A DNA stretch of 24,000 nucleotides from Thermoplasmata archaeon. Lineage in GTDB: Archaea > Thermoplasmatota > E2 > UBA202 > JdFR-43. Within the stretch, counting starts at the first letter, position 1. The number at the start of each line of letters is the position of its first letter. Shown here one piece after another: positions 1 through 8,445 of the stretch. Position numbers and translations under genes: made by a program. The stretch is from NCBI GenBank assembly GCA_021162815.1, contig JAGGXW010000006.1, positions 9,504 to 33,503 of the forward strand. The letters are read 5' to 3'. The notes below the pieces were generated by a model, which ran no database searches, was not told the origin of the DNA, and was given only the letters and a program-made list of their open reading frames with translations.

Positions 1-2258
1 GAAGCAGGGCGTCAAGAACATCGCAGGAGGATATAAAAAGAAATGGAGCGGACAATGCAGATGATTGCTGGGTGAGGCTGAGATTCAGCATTGGAGAGGA
101 TGAGTATGAAGTGCTGAGGATAATAAGAGGGAGTTCAACAGATGCGCAGGTGAAAGTGAATGGAATGGTGGCAGCAACAACATCAAGCTCTGTAACGAAG
201 TTTCTTGAAGAGAAAATAGGGATGGATTTTGATGCTTTTTATACGTCGATTGTTGCAAGGCAGAAGGAGCTGAATGCGCTGTCAGATAAAAGACCTGCTG
301 AGAGAAGGAGGAGCATGTTGAAGATGCTCAAAATAGATGCCTTAGAAGATGTAATAAAAATGGTGAGGGATGACAGAAGAAAGAAAGAGGAAATGCTTAA
401 ATTCATTGAAAGCAACATAAAAGATATTGACGAACTGATGGAGGAAATGAAAAGAGAGGAGGAAAGGAAGGAGAGGATAAGGGGGGAAATGGAAGAAATC
501 AAAAAGATGCTAAATGAGAAGGAAAAGGAATTTGAAAAGGCAAAAATAAAGCTTGAAGAAGAGAAGAAGAAGGCTGGGGAGTATTCAAAATTGGATGCTG
601 AAAAAAAGGCAAAAAATGCGAGATTGATGGAAAAGAAGAGACAGGTTGAAAGAAAAATTGAAGATATCAACAGGTTAAAGAAGAAACTTTCTCTTTATTC
701 GGTTCTCAAAAATGAGGTAAAAGAATATGATATGATAAAAAGGAGATTATCTGAACTTGAAGAAATAAAGGATAGGTATATGGAAAGAAAAAATGTGGAG
801 GAGAGAATAAAACTTAATGAAAAGGAGATTTTATTGCTTAATAAGGAAATTGAAGAGTATAGAAAGAAAGGGGCAGAGTTAGAAAAATTAATGCAGGAGA
901 AAGCTCATGTGGAGAGTAAAAAAGAAAAAATAAAAGGGGAAATTGAGGAAATTAAAAACACCATTTCGGAAATGATGGCAGAGAGGAAACAGATGGTGAG
1001 GAACATTGAGGAGATAAAAATTAAAATGGATGATATCTCGTCTCTTGGACCTGATAGCAACTGTCCCATGTGCGGACGAAAGCTGGGAGAGCATTATGAA
1101 AAATTGATGAATGACTTTAAAAAACAGATTGGAGATTTTAACGAGAAAATAAAGATTATTGATGACAAGATAAGAAAAAGTAGAGAGTCAGTAAATGAAA
1201 GAGAAGTTATTCTTAAAACACTGGATAAAAAAATGAAGGAACTGGATACTGCAATAAGGGAACTCATTGTTATTTCAGGAAAAATGCAGGGAATGGAAAA
1301 AGAGTTGAAGAAAAGAGAAACGGAAATAGATAAACTAAAAAGGAAGATTATTGAAATTGGAGAAATATCATTTGATGAAGAAGAATATTTAAAATTGAAG
1401 GATAAGGTAAAACAGCTTGAAGAGAAAAGAGTTACATTTTTAAAACTTGAGAAGGAACTGGAGAGGATTCCTGAAATTGAGGAGGAAATCGAGGAAATAA
1501 AAAAAGATATAAGAGATATTGAAGAGGAGCTAACAAAAATTTCATCATTTATGGAAAAAATTGATTTTAAAGAGGAGGAATATAAAGAGGCTGAAAAGAG
1601 ATATGAACAGTTGAGGGAAGAGATGGAAAATTTGAAAAGGAGGATGCTCAAAAACAGAACGGATGAAGAATATATAATAAAGGAAATAAGTAGAATAAAT
1701 GCAGAAATAGAGGAAACAGAAAAGAATTTGAAAAAAATGAACGAGATAAGAGAGGAGATAACATTGCTTTCCATGCTTGCTGGAGATAGAGATAGCGGAT
1801 TACTCAATAATTTCAAGAAGTATCTTATAGCCAAAATAGGGCCCGCTCTTTCCACATATGCATCTCATTTCTTCTCCGTCTTCACCAATGGAAAATACAA
1901 CAGCATAGAGATAGATGATGATTACAATATCTTCATCTATGATGGTGGTGAAAAATACCCAATAGACAGATTTTCTGGAGGAGAAGAGGATCTTGCAAAC
2001 CTTTCTTTAAGGCTCGCAATCTCCGAGCTCATTTCGAGAAGAGCGGATATGAATTTTGAATTTATAGCACTGGATGAAATATTTGGCTCCCAGGATTATG
2101 GAAGGAGAATGAATGTTCTGAATGCCCTCAATGACTTAAAGAAGCAGTTCAGCCAGATATTCCTGATAACCCATATCGAGGAAATAAAGGATTCAGTGGA
2201 GCATATAATTAAAATATACGAAGATGATGAGGGTATATCACATGTGGCTATAGATTAA
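1..2258 (+). CDS. rad50: DNA double-strand-break repair ATPase Rad50, N-terminus cut off by the window edge
   Basis: The frame of ORF 72..2258 stays open back to nt 3 (..EDIKRNGADNADDCWVRLRFS..), so the GTG at 72 is not the real start. It has a very long K/E-rich coiled coil with a central zinc hook CPMC (codons 1062-1073). The C-terminal ABC ATPase half has signature FSGGEED, Walker B FIALDEIF and H-loop LITH. The Walker A lobe lies upstream of the window. Confidence 0.85.
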   Translation, partial: SRASRTSQEDIKRNGADNADDCWVRLRFSIGEDEYEVLRIIRGSSTDAQVKVNGMVAATTSSSVTKFLEEKIGMDFDAFYTSIVARQKELNALSDKRPAERRRSMLKMLKIDALEDVIKMVRDDRRKKEEMLKFIESNIKDIDELMEEMKREEERKERIRGEMEEIKKMLNEKEKEFEKAKIKLEEEKKKAGEYSKLDAEKKAKNARLMEKKRQVERKIEDINRLKKKLSLYSVLKNEVKEYDMIKRRLSELEEIKDRYMERKNVEERIKLNEKEILLLNKEIEEYRKKGAELEKLMQEKAHVESKKEKIKGEIEEIKNTISEMMAERKQMVRNIEEIKIKMDDISSLGPDSNCPMCGRKLGEHYEKLMNDFKKQIGDFNEKIKIIDDKIRKSRESVNEREVILKTLDKKMKELDTAIRELIVISGKMQGMEKELKKRETEIDKLKRKIIEIGEISFDEEEYLKLKDKVKQLEEKRVTFLKLEKELERIPEIEEEIEEIKKDIRDIEEELTKISSFMEKIDFKEEEYKEAEKRYEQLREEMENLKRRMLKNRTDEEYIIKEISRINAEIEETEKNLKKMNEIREEITLLSMLAGDRDSGLLNNFKKYLIAKIGPALSTYASHFFSVFTNGKYNSIEIDDDYNIFIYDGGEKYPIDRFSGGEEDLANLSLRLAISELISRRADMNFEFIALDEIFGSQDYGRRMNVLNALNDLKKQFSQIFLITHIEEIKDSVEHIIKIYEDDEGISHVAID

Positions 2259-2259
2259 A

Positions 2260-2331
2260 GGGCCGGTAGATCAGGGGAAGATCGCTGCCTTCGCAAGGCA
2301 GAGGTCGCGGGTTCAAATCCCGCCCGGTCCA
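2260..2331 (+). tRNA. tRNA-Ala (anticodon CGC), no intron, no encoded CCA
   Basis: Hand-folded 72-nt cloverleaf: acceptor GGGCCGG/CCGGTCC with the G3:U70 alanine identity pair, D stem GATC/GATC, anticodon arm CTGCC-TTCGCAA-GGCAG, T arm GCGGG-TTCAAAT-CCCGC, discriminator A. It starts 1 nt after the rad50 stop and is followed by a T6 tract. Confidence 0.93.
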
Positions 2332-2486
2332 TTTTTTATTACAGATAAGTTGTTGCATGGGGTATATAAGCCCCCTCGTTTTGACTGCAATCACTTCTTA
2401 GGATTTAATGATTGCATTCAATGATGGATACATGATGCTTCATTCTGCAACCGAAATGCATAATTTAGGTATTATGTTTTAACAGC

Positions 2487-3896
2487 ATGGAAACATATGT
2501 TCTCGATAAAAATGCTGAATTTCTTGGAGTGAAGCCTGAGGAGCTGATGGAGAATGCTGGAAGAGCAGTGGCTGAGGAGGTTAAAAAGCTCGCGCCAGAG
2601 AAATGTGTAGTAATAACGGGCTCTGGCAACAACGGAGGAGATGGATTTGTTGCTGCGAGATATCTTCAGTGCGATGTGATAATGATAAAACCACCAAAGA
2701 GCAATCTTGCCATAAAAAATTACAGAAGGGCAAAGGCTGCTGGAGTAAGGATATATAGGTATGATGAGAGCACTCTTGATGAAATACTGAATAAAAGTGA
2801 TGTTGTCATAGATGCAATTTTTGGCGTCGGAATTAAAGGCAGAGTTAGAGAGCCCTACGCATCAATTATAGAAAAAATAAATGAAAATGCAAAGTTCATA
2901 GTTTCTGTTGATGTTCCTTCTGGCTTCAGGTCAATACCATCAATTAAACCCGATATAACCGTAACATTTCATTATAAAAAGGAGGGAATGAATGAAAACA
3001 ATTCTGGAAAGATAATTGTGAAAGATATAGGGATACCTGAAGATGCTGAAAAATTTGTGGGCCCAGGAGAAATGATATACTACCCCACTCCAGCAAAAAA
3101 TTCTCATAAAGGAATGAATGGAAGGCTGGCAGTCATAGGAGGTGGGCCCTATACTGGGGCGCCAACTTTAGCTTCGCTGGCTGCCCTGAGATGTGGTTGT
3201 GATCTTGTGTACACCATCGTTCCATCCAGCATAAAAGATGTTGTTGCTGGCTTTTCCCCGAATCTGATTGTGAGAGACATAGATGGAGATTTCCTGAATA
3301 TTTCTCATTTGTCCGTAATAGAGAAAATAATGGAGAAAGTGGATGCAATATTGATAGGGCCTGGCATAGGAGATGAAAAACCAGCTATTGTGGCAGCCAG
3401 GAGAGTGGTGGAGATGGCATATGAAAGGGGCATACCAACAGTTGTGGATGCAGATGCCATTAAAATTTTTAGAGAGATCGATGGGAATAATGCTACGGTG
3501 GTAACACCACATGCTGGCGAGTTTAAAGAAATGAGCGGAATTCAAATAACTGATGCAATGAAGGAGGCTGATAGAATAAAGGAATTTGCGGAAAAAAAGA
3601 GAATGACCATTTTATTTAAAGGTAACATAGATGTCATAACAGATGGAAAAAGAATTAAATTCAATCGCATTCATAACCAGGGAATGACTGTGGGGGGAAC
3701 GGGGGATGTGCTGGCTGGGATAACTTCATGTCTTCTCTCCAAAAAGGTTGAACCATTCAATGCGGCAAGGATGGCAGCATTCATAAATGGAATGGCTGGA
3801 AACATGGCTTACGAAGAAAAATCATACGGGCTGGTAGCAACGGATCTAATAGAATTCATTCCAGAAGTGCTCAGGAATTATCTTCCTCAGGAGTAG
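2487..3896 (+). CDS. nnr: Bifunctional NAD(P)H-hydrate repair enzyme (NAD(P)HX epimerase / ADP-dependent dehydratase)
   Basis: N-terminal YjeF_N motif GSGNNGGDGFVAARYL. C-terminal carbohydrate-kinase-like half has HKGMNGRLAVIGGG and GGTGDVLAG. The 469-aa length fits the fused form. Confidence 0.9.
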   Translation: METYVLDKNAEFLGVKPEELMENAGRAVAEEVKKLAPEKCVVITGSGNNGGDGFVAARYLQCDVIMIKPPKSNLAIKNYRRAKAAGVRIYRYDESTLDEILNKSDVVIDAIFGVGIKGRVREPYASIIEKINENAKFIVSVDVPSGFRSIPSIKPDITVTFHYKKEGMNENNSGKIIVKDIGIPEDAEKFVGPGEMIYYPTPAKNSHKGMNGRLAVIGGGPYTGAPTLASLAALRCGCDLVYTIVPSSIKDVVAGFSPNLIVRDIDGDFLNISHLSVIEKIMEKVDAILIGPGIGDEKPAIVAARRVVEMAYERGIPTVVDADAIKIFREIDGNNATVVTPHAGEFKEMSGIQITDAMKEADRIKEFAEKKRMTILFKGNIDVITDGKRIKFNRIHNQGMTVGGTGDVLAGITSCLLSKKVEPFNAARMAAFINGMAGNMAYEEKSYGLVATDLIEFIPEVLRNYLPQE

Positions 3897-4887
3897 CCCA
3901 GCTCTCCTCATCGTGATAGAGCATCCCCCCAAGCATCTCGTCGCCTTTTATTAAGGGCTCCGGCGTTTTCACAGCTTCGATTCTGTAAAGGGATGATTTA
4001 TACCAGCTGTAGTCGGATGAAATGAAGCCGAGTTTTTTAACAATTGGAAGCTTGTTCTGAAAAGAAAAGAAATTTTTTCCATCATTGGGGTATACATTGA
4101 ATTTCCTTCTTATGTCAGTTATCACAAATCCCATATCATGTATGAGCTTCTGTATTTCATACCATTTGGAAATGGATGCTTCGAGTGTTGTTAAACCAAA
4201 ATATCCAGAACTTCCCTTTCCCTTCAATGAAGAAACACATCTGGAAAGGAATAAAGTTATTCCTGGCAGTGTCTCAACAGGATCTGTAACAAAGGTATTG
4301 TATTTTCTTCTATACTTTCCTATGTCCTTCTGTAAATCATGTATCTCTGCTTCCACATTCAATCCATATCTGTCAGCAACTTTGTTTATATAATCAACAA
4401 GCCTTTCATCAATTTCAACAACAGAAATCTTTTCTGGCAGACCTGTCAGAGATGCTGCAATACTGAATAAATCGTCATCTCCAGCCACAAATATTTTTCC
4501 ATATAAATCCCCTCTCTCCACCATAAATGAAACCCTTCTCAAAACACCTTCAGGGCTTATGTATCCCTGATCATATTCTGGCAGAGGAAGAGGACGATTT
4601 TTTGTTATGGAAATATAATCATTCTCTATATCCTTTATTATTCCATATCCTGTACCATCACATTTTCTGCATCTAACCTCATAATACTTCAAACCTTCAG
4701 CAAACTCTCTCCCTTTCTCTGTGAGATACGCTTTATCTCCCTCAATTTTTATCAATCCCTCTTCCACAAATTCACTAAGTATTTCAAAAAATTCGGGAAG
4801 TGAGGAGTCCTGCTCATCAAGAAGATTCCATATTAACTTCTCACCACTAAGTAAGAGTGATAGCATCTGTTTTTTTATTCGCTCCAT
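3871..4887 (-). CDS. bpsA: N4-bis(aminopropyl)spermidine synthase-like aminopropyltransferase (DUF43/BpsA family)
   Basis: N-terminal winged-helix-like region followed by a Rossmann-type domain with the FVAGDDDL motif typical of DUF43/BpsA. It lies immediately downstream of speH. The ORF track starts at a TTG (4902). An ATG at 4887 lies 1 nt after the speH stop and is preceded by AGGGGA, so I prefer 4887. The family call is from memory of motif and context and has not been searched. Confidence 0.65.
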   Translation of the reverse strand: MERIKKQMLSLLLSGEKLIWNLLDEQDSSLPEFFEILSEFVEEGLIKIEGDKAYLTEKGREFAEGLKYYEVRCRKCDGTGYGIIKDIENDYISITKNRPLPLPEYDQGYISPEGVLRRVSFMVERGDLYGKIFVAGDDDLFSIAASLTGLPEKISVVEIDERLVDYINKVADRYGLNVEAEIHDLQKDIGKYRRKYNTFVTDPVETLPGITLFLSRCVSSLKGKGSSGYFGLTTLEASISKWYEIQKLIHDMGFVITDIRRKFNVYPNDGKNFFSFQNKLPIVKKLGFISSDYSWYKSSLYRIEAVKTPEPLIKGDEMLGGMLYHDEESWATPEEDNS

Positions 4888-4888
4888 G

Positions 4889-5230
4889 CTATCCCCTGTC
4901 AAGTATGTAATGGCGATAGGATTTGGGTTTAAAGTATTTCAGAAAAGACTCAAAGGCAGTATCAGCCTGTTTTGGATCGCCGCAGGTAAATATATCAAGG
5001 TTCACAAGATCATACTCTGGCCAGGTGTGAATTGAAATATGGGATTCAGATACAAGGGCAACACCTGTAACCCCATATGGTTCAAACTGTTTCCAGAGTG
5101 TACCAACCACAGATATATTTGCCTCCTCTATTACCTTGTCCATTATTTCCTTCACTGCCTTCTCCTCAGATATCAAATCCTTGGAAACGCCATACAATTC
5201 CGCTATTATGTGCTTCCCCAATACTCTCAT
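4889..5230 (-). CDS. speH: S-adenosylmethionine decarboxylase proenzyme (pyruvoyl-dependent, class 1)
   Basis: 113 aa, beginning MRVLGKHIIAELYG. Contains the self-cleavage/pyruvoyl site SESHISIHTWPEY. A strong SD (GAGGTGA) sits 4 nt upstream of the ATG. Confidence 0.88.
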   Translation of the reverse strand: MRVLGKHIIAELYGVSKDLISEEKAVKEIMDKVIEEANISVVGTLWKQFEPYGVTGVALVSESHISIHTWPEYDLVNLDIFTCGDPKQADTAFESFLKYFKPKSYRHYILDRG

Positions 5231-5362
5231 CGTTTCACCTCTCGAGTTTGTGGGGTGAAATTTTGCCTTTAATTTAAAATTTTCTGTGGACTCAATACCC
5301 CGATTTTGAAATAAATTCAGTTTTTAAATCTTTTGTATGTTTTACCTTAACTATGAAAAACA

Positions 5363-5389
5363 TTTATATAAGCTGTTCTATAATAGAAC
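5363..5389 (+). promoter_or_regulatory. TATA box (TTTATATA, 5363-5370) followed by a perfect 7-1-7 palindrome GTTCTAT-A-ATAGAAC (5375-5389); putative operator of the downstream metal repressor operon
   Basis: Read directly from the sequence. The palindrome sits between the TATA box and the ATG at 5402. A repressor bound there would block TBP/TFB/RNAP recruitment. DtxR-family proteins bind palindromic operators. Confidence 0.45.
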
Positions 5390-5401
5390 GGGGTTCAGTA
5401 T

Positions 5402-5794
5402 ATGAACGAATTGAAATGTATGAAAGAAATTTATAGAGCATATGAAGATGGCATATCCATAGTCGGACCAAGCGAGATAGCGAAAAGACTGGATATAAGT
5501 AAATCTACCGCACATTCTTTACTGAAAAATTTGGCCTCCCTTGGATATGGAAATTATGTTGAAAAGAAAGGATTTGTTATAAATTCATATGGAATAAAGA
5601 TGGGTAAACAAATAATGAAAAAACATCGCCTCATTGAATGCTTTATGGCGGATGTTTTTTCTCTGCCTCCAGAGAAAGCATGCAGAGAGGCAGATAAAAT
5701 AGATTATCTGATAGGAGAGGAAGTCATAGAGATAATCGAAAGAAAATATGAGAGGGTGGAAAAATGTCCATGTGGAAAAAGAATACCCAGATAA
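5402..5794 (+). CDS. DtxR/MntR-family metal-dependent transcriptional repressor
   Basis: N-terminal wHTH (SEIAKRLDISKSTAHSLLKNL) and a dimerisation/metal helix KKHRLIECFMADVF..EKACREADKIDYL that aligns to DtxR RRHRLAERLL..KVHDEACRWEHV. It is the first gene of the metal ABC transporter operon. Confidence 0.8.
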   Translation: MNELKCMKEIYRAYEDGISIVGPSEIAKRLDISKSTAHSLLKNLASLGYGNYVEKKGFVINSYGIKMGKQIMKKHRLIECFMADVFSLPPEKACREADKIDYLIGEEVIEIIERKYERVEKCPCGKRIPR

Positions 5795-6774
5795 TGATTT
5801 CCATTTCAGTAATAATTTTAATTTCCCTTCAATCAGTTAATGCATCATCGAATGAAGAAAAAATGAATATAGCGGCATCCCTTCCTGATTTCATTTCAAT
5901 AGTGAGAAGTATTGGAGGAAAATATGTGAATGCATACTATATCATGCCTCCTGGAATGGATCCTCATTCCTTTTCCCTTGATTCTGCCACAATCAGCAGG
6001 ATAGAAAAGGCTGATTTGATAGTATTTGCAAATTCTGAACTGCTATCCTACGAGGCAAAGATTAAAGCAAATTACAATAAACCATATCTTGATTTTTCCG
6101 ATTACGCCAAAAGAGGTGCCACTCTGGACAATTTTACTGATTTCAATGAAAACCCTCACGGGTACTGGTTAAAGGTGGAGAATGCAATAGCAATAGCAGA
6201 GGCGGTTAGAGACAAACTGGACTGCATGATGCCATACCATAAGCAATACTTTGATTTATCCTTTGAAATTTTCAGGAGTAATCTTATAAAAGCAAAAGAA
6301 TCTGCAGTCAGCTCAATAAAAGGGAATGGACTGTACGGCAGGAAGGCGGTGGCAGCTGTCCCTGGAGTATGCTATATTGCGGAGAATTTAGGGGTTGAAA
6401 TAGGTGCCATACTTCTAACAGAAGGAAATGCAGGTGTGAGTGAGAAGAGGATTTCTTACATTGAAAAAATGATGAGAAATGACAGTTTCTGCTGCATTAT
6501 CGTGCCAGAAATTATGAAATATGCAAAGGCTGGAGAGATAGCAAGAAATATTGCCCAGGATACGGGAGGTAGTGTGGTATATGTAAAATTTCTGTCTGGG
6601 GAAAACTCAACATGGTTGAACAATTTTTATTATAACATGGCTGCCTTTCTATCATTTTCATCAACAAAAACAAAAAAAATATACAGTTACGAGCTAATAA
6701 TTATATGTGTGGCAATTTCGATACTTGCCGCATTTGAGAGCGTGATAATATATGAACTCTATAGAAGAAGATAA
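5764..6774 (+). CDS. Metal (Mn/Zn/Fe) ABC transporter substrate-binding protein, TroA/ZnuA cluster-9 family
   Basis: N-terminal signal/anchor (MSMWKKNTQIMISISVIILISLQSVNA), DPHSF and NPHGYW metal-ligand motifs, and an additional C-terminal hydrophobic helix (ELIIICVAISILAAFESVIIYELY). Overlaps the regulator by 31 nt and the ATPase by 23 nt. Confidence 0.8.
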   Translation: MSMWKKNTQIMISISVIILISLQSVNASSNEEKMNIAASLPDFISIVRSIGGKYVNAYYIMPPGMDPHSFSLDSATISRIEKADLIVFANSELLSYEAKIKANYNKPYLDFSDYAKRGATLDNFTDFNENPHGYWLKVENAIAIAEAVRDKLDCMMPYHKQYFDLSFEIFRSNLIKAKESAVSSIKGNGLYGRKAVAAVPGVCYIAENLGVEIGAILLTEGNAGVSEKRISYIEKMMRNDSFCCIIVPEIMKYAKAGEIARNIAQDTGGSVVYVKFLSGENSTWLNNFYYNMAAFLSFSSTKTKKIYSYELIIICVAISILAAFESVIIYELYRRR

Positions 6775-7519
6775 GGCAGTTGTGGCAAGAAATGTTTACT
6801 TTTCATATGGCAAGAATGAAGCAGTAAAGAATGTCAGTTTTGAATGTGGAAATGAATTCATGGTTATCATGGGACCAAATGGCTCGGGAAAAACAACCAT
6901 GATTAAACTTATAATGGGACTGCTCGAGCCAGATAAAGGAGAGATAAAAATATTTGGAAAAGAGCCTCAGAAAATGAGAAAGCTGATAGGATATATGCCT
7001 CAGAAAGAGAGTATAGCAAGACATTTCCCTGTTCTTGTAAAAGATGTGGTTCTACTCGGAATAAATAAAAAAATTTATGGAAGAAGAGAGATAGAAAGGG
7101 CGAAAAGAGCTCTCGATAAGGTTGGTCTGCTCCATCTGTGGAATGAGAAATTTTCGAATTTATCAGGAGGGCAGCAGCAGCGTGTTATGTTTGCCAGGGC
7201 AATAGTAAATGAGCCAAGAATAATAATAATGGATGAGCCCTTCAATGGAGTTGATATACCCAGCAGGGAGCGAATCATGAATGTTGTGAGAGAAGAAAAG
7301 AAGAAGGGGAATACGATAATAGCTGTTCTGCATAACATAAATCCTGTGCTTCATGACATTGATAAACTCCTCCTCCTGAATAGGGAAATGATAGCATTTG
7401 GGCATCCTAATGACATTCTAACAGAATACAATCTTGAAAGAGCATATGGAGGAACTGTGACAACCATAACATGCAGAGAAGGTTATTGCCATCCTCTCAT
7501 AGGTGATTCACATGGTTGA
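6752..7519 (+). CDS. Metal ABC transporter ATP-binding protein (ZnuC/TroB-like)
   Basis: Walker A GPNGSGKTT, signature LSGGQQQRV, Walker B IIIMDEP, and H-loop-region His in AVLHNI. Confidence 0.9.
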   Translation: MNSIEEDKAVVARNVYFSYGKNEAVKNVSFECGNEFMVIMGPNGSGKTTMIKLIMGLLEPDKGEIKIFGKEPQKMRKLIGYMPQKESIARHFPVLVKDVVLLGINKKIYGRREIERAKRALDKVGLLHLWNEKFSNLSGGQQQRVMFARAIVNEPRIIIMDEPFNGVDIPSRERIMNVVREEKKKGNTIIAVLHNINPVLHDIDKLLLLNREMIAFGHPNDILTEYNLERAYGGTVTTITCREGYCHPLIGDSHG

Positions 7520-8294
7520 TGCATATATTGTAAGAGCGATAATAGCCATAATATTACTTGCCATAAACGCATCAATAGCTGGCTCCTTTACAATCTTCAG
7601 AAATGTTACCTTCCTTGTTGTGGGTTCAGCCCATGCTGCCCTTGCCGGAGCTGCCCTTGCCATACTCCTGTCAATAAATGGGTTCAACATGGACCCAATG
7701 GTGGGAGCGATACTATTTGCCATTATTGTTTCTCTGGCAGCCTCAAAAGCAAAGGAAAAAACAAACATAGCAATAGGAATAGTATTTGCTCTTTCCATGT
7801 CACTGGCTGTAATATTTATCTCCGCCATAAAGGAGCAGGCCGCCCGCGTGTGGGGTCTTTTATTCGGAGATTTGCTTCTTTTGACAGATCAGGATATAGC
7901 GGTCATGGTGGTTGTGACAGTGTTAGTAATAATACTCTCATTCTATTTCAGCAGGGAATTTCTATTTATCTCATTTGATAAGGAAGGAGCTAGGGCAAAT
8001 GGAATAAATGTTGACCTTCTTGATTATCTTCTTCTTTCCATAATAGCCATCTCAACGGTTGTGATAATGAAGGGTGTTGGAGCCATTCTTGTATATGCAA
8101 TGCTCGTTGCTCCTGCAGCGGCTGCCAATGAAACTGCACGAAGCATAATCCAGGTATTTTTCATCTCTGGCATAATTGCATTATTTTCAGGACTTTCAGG
8201 AATTGCCATAACCATATATTTTCCAATTGCAGCAGGAGCTGTTGCGTCTCTCATTGCCTCTCTCTTCTACATCATATTTGCATTAAAGAAGTAA
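7503..8294 (+). CDS. Metal ABC transporter permease (ABC-3 / ZnuB-TroC family)
   Basis: 263 aa and almost entirely hydrophobic, with multiple predicted TM helices. Translationally coupled to the ATPase gene (17-nt overlap). Size and position are typical of ABC-3 permeases. Confidence 0.85.
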   Translation: MIHMVDAYIVRAIIAIILLAINASIAGSFTIFRNVTFLVVGSAHAALAGAALAILLSINGFNMDPMVGAILFAIIVSLAASKAKEKTNIAIGIVFALSMSLAVIFISAIKEQAARVWGLLFGDLLLLTDQDIAVMVVVTVLVIILSFYFSREFLFISFDKEGARANGINVDLLDYLLLSIIAISTVVIMKGVGAILVYAMLVAPAAAANETARSIIQVFFISGIIALFSGLSGIAITIYFPIAAGAVASLIASLFYIIFALKK

Positions 8295-8326
8295 AATTTA
8301 TTTAATGGATTATCATTCACATTTAA

Positions 8327-8442
8327 GCCCCGGTGGTGTAGCGGTCATCATGCGGGCCTGTCGGAGCCCTTTTGGAAAAGGTGCTTCACCCCCAAAGAGC
8401 TGCGGTAAGCCCGCGACCCGAGTTCAAATCTCGGCCGGGGCG
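8327..8442 (+). tRNA. tRNA-Asp (anticodon GTC) with a ~44-nt intron at the canonical 37/38 position (about 8364-8407)
   Basis: Acceptor GCCCCGG/CCGGGGC, discriminator G. D arm TGGTGTAGCGGTCATCAT as in archaeal tRNA-Asp. Anticodon stem CGGGC (8353-8357)/GCCCG (8409-8413), loop C-T-GTC-G (GTC at 8360-8362). 4-nt variable CGAC, T arm CCGAG-TTCAAAT-CTCGG. 72 nt after intron removal. Confidence 0.85.
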
Positions 8443-8445
8443 CTA

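Noticed and set aside
239-1855. Long antisense ORFs inside rad50 (239-670, 888-1094, 1094-1855; up to 253 aa), rich in S/F/L/I
   Set aside because: They are the mirror image of the GAA/AAG/AAA-rich coiled-coil codons (TTC/CTT/TTT). They are low-complexity, carry no motifs, and are fully embedded in a gene with clear Rad50 motifs.
7508-8254. Antisense ORFs in the ABC permease gene (7508-7828, 8024-8254) and similar antisense ORFs in gatD, iorA, acdB-like, cca and the peptidase-like gene
   Set aside because: All are fully nested opposite well-supported genes and lack motifs, SD or TATA context. Their composition is that expected from the complementary strand of the real genes.
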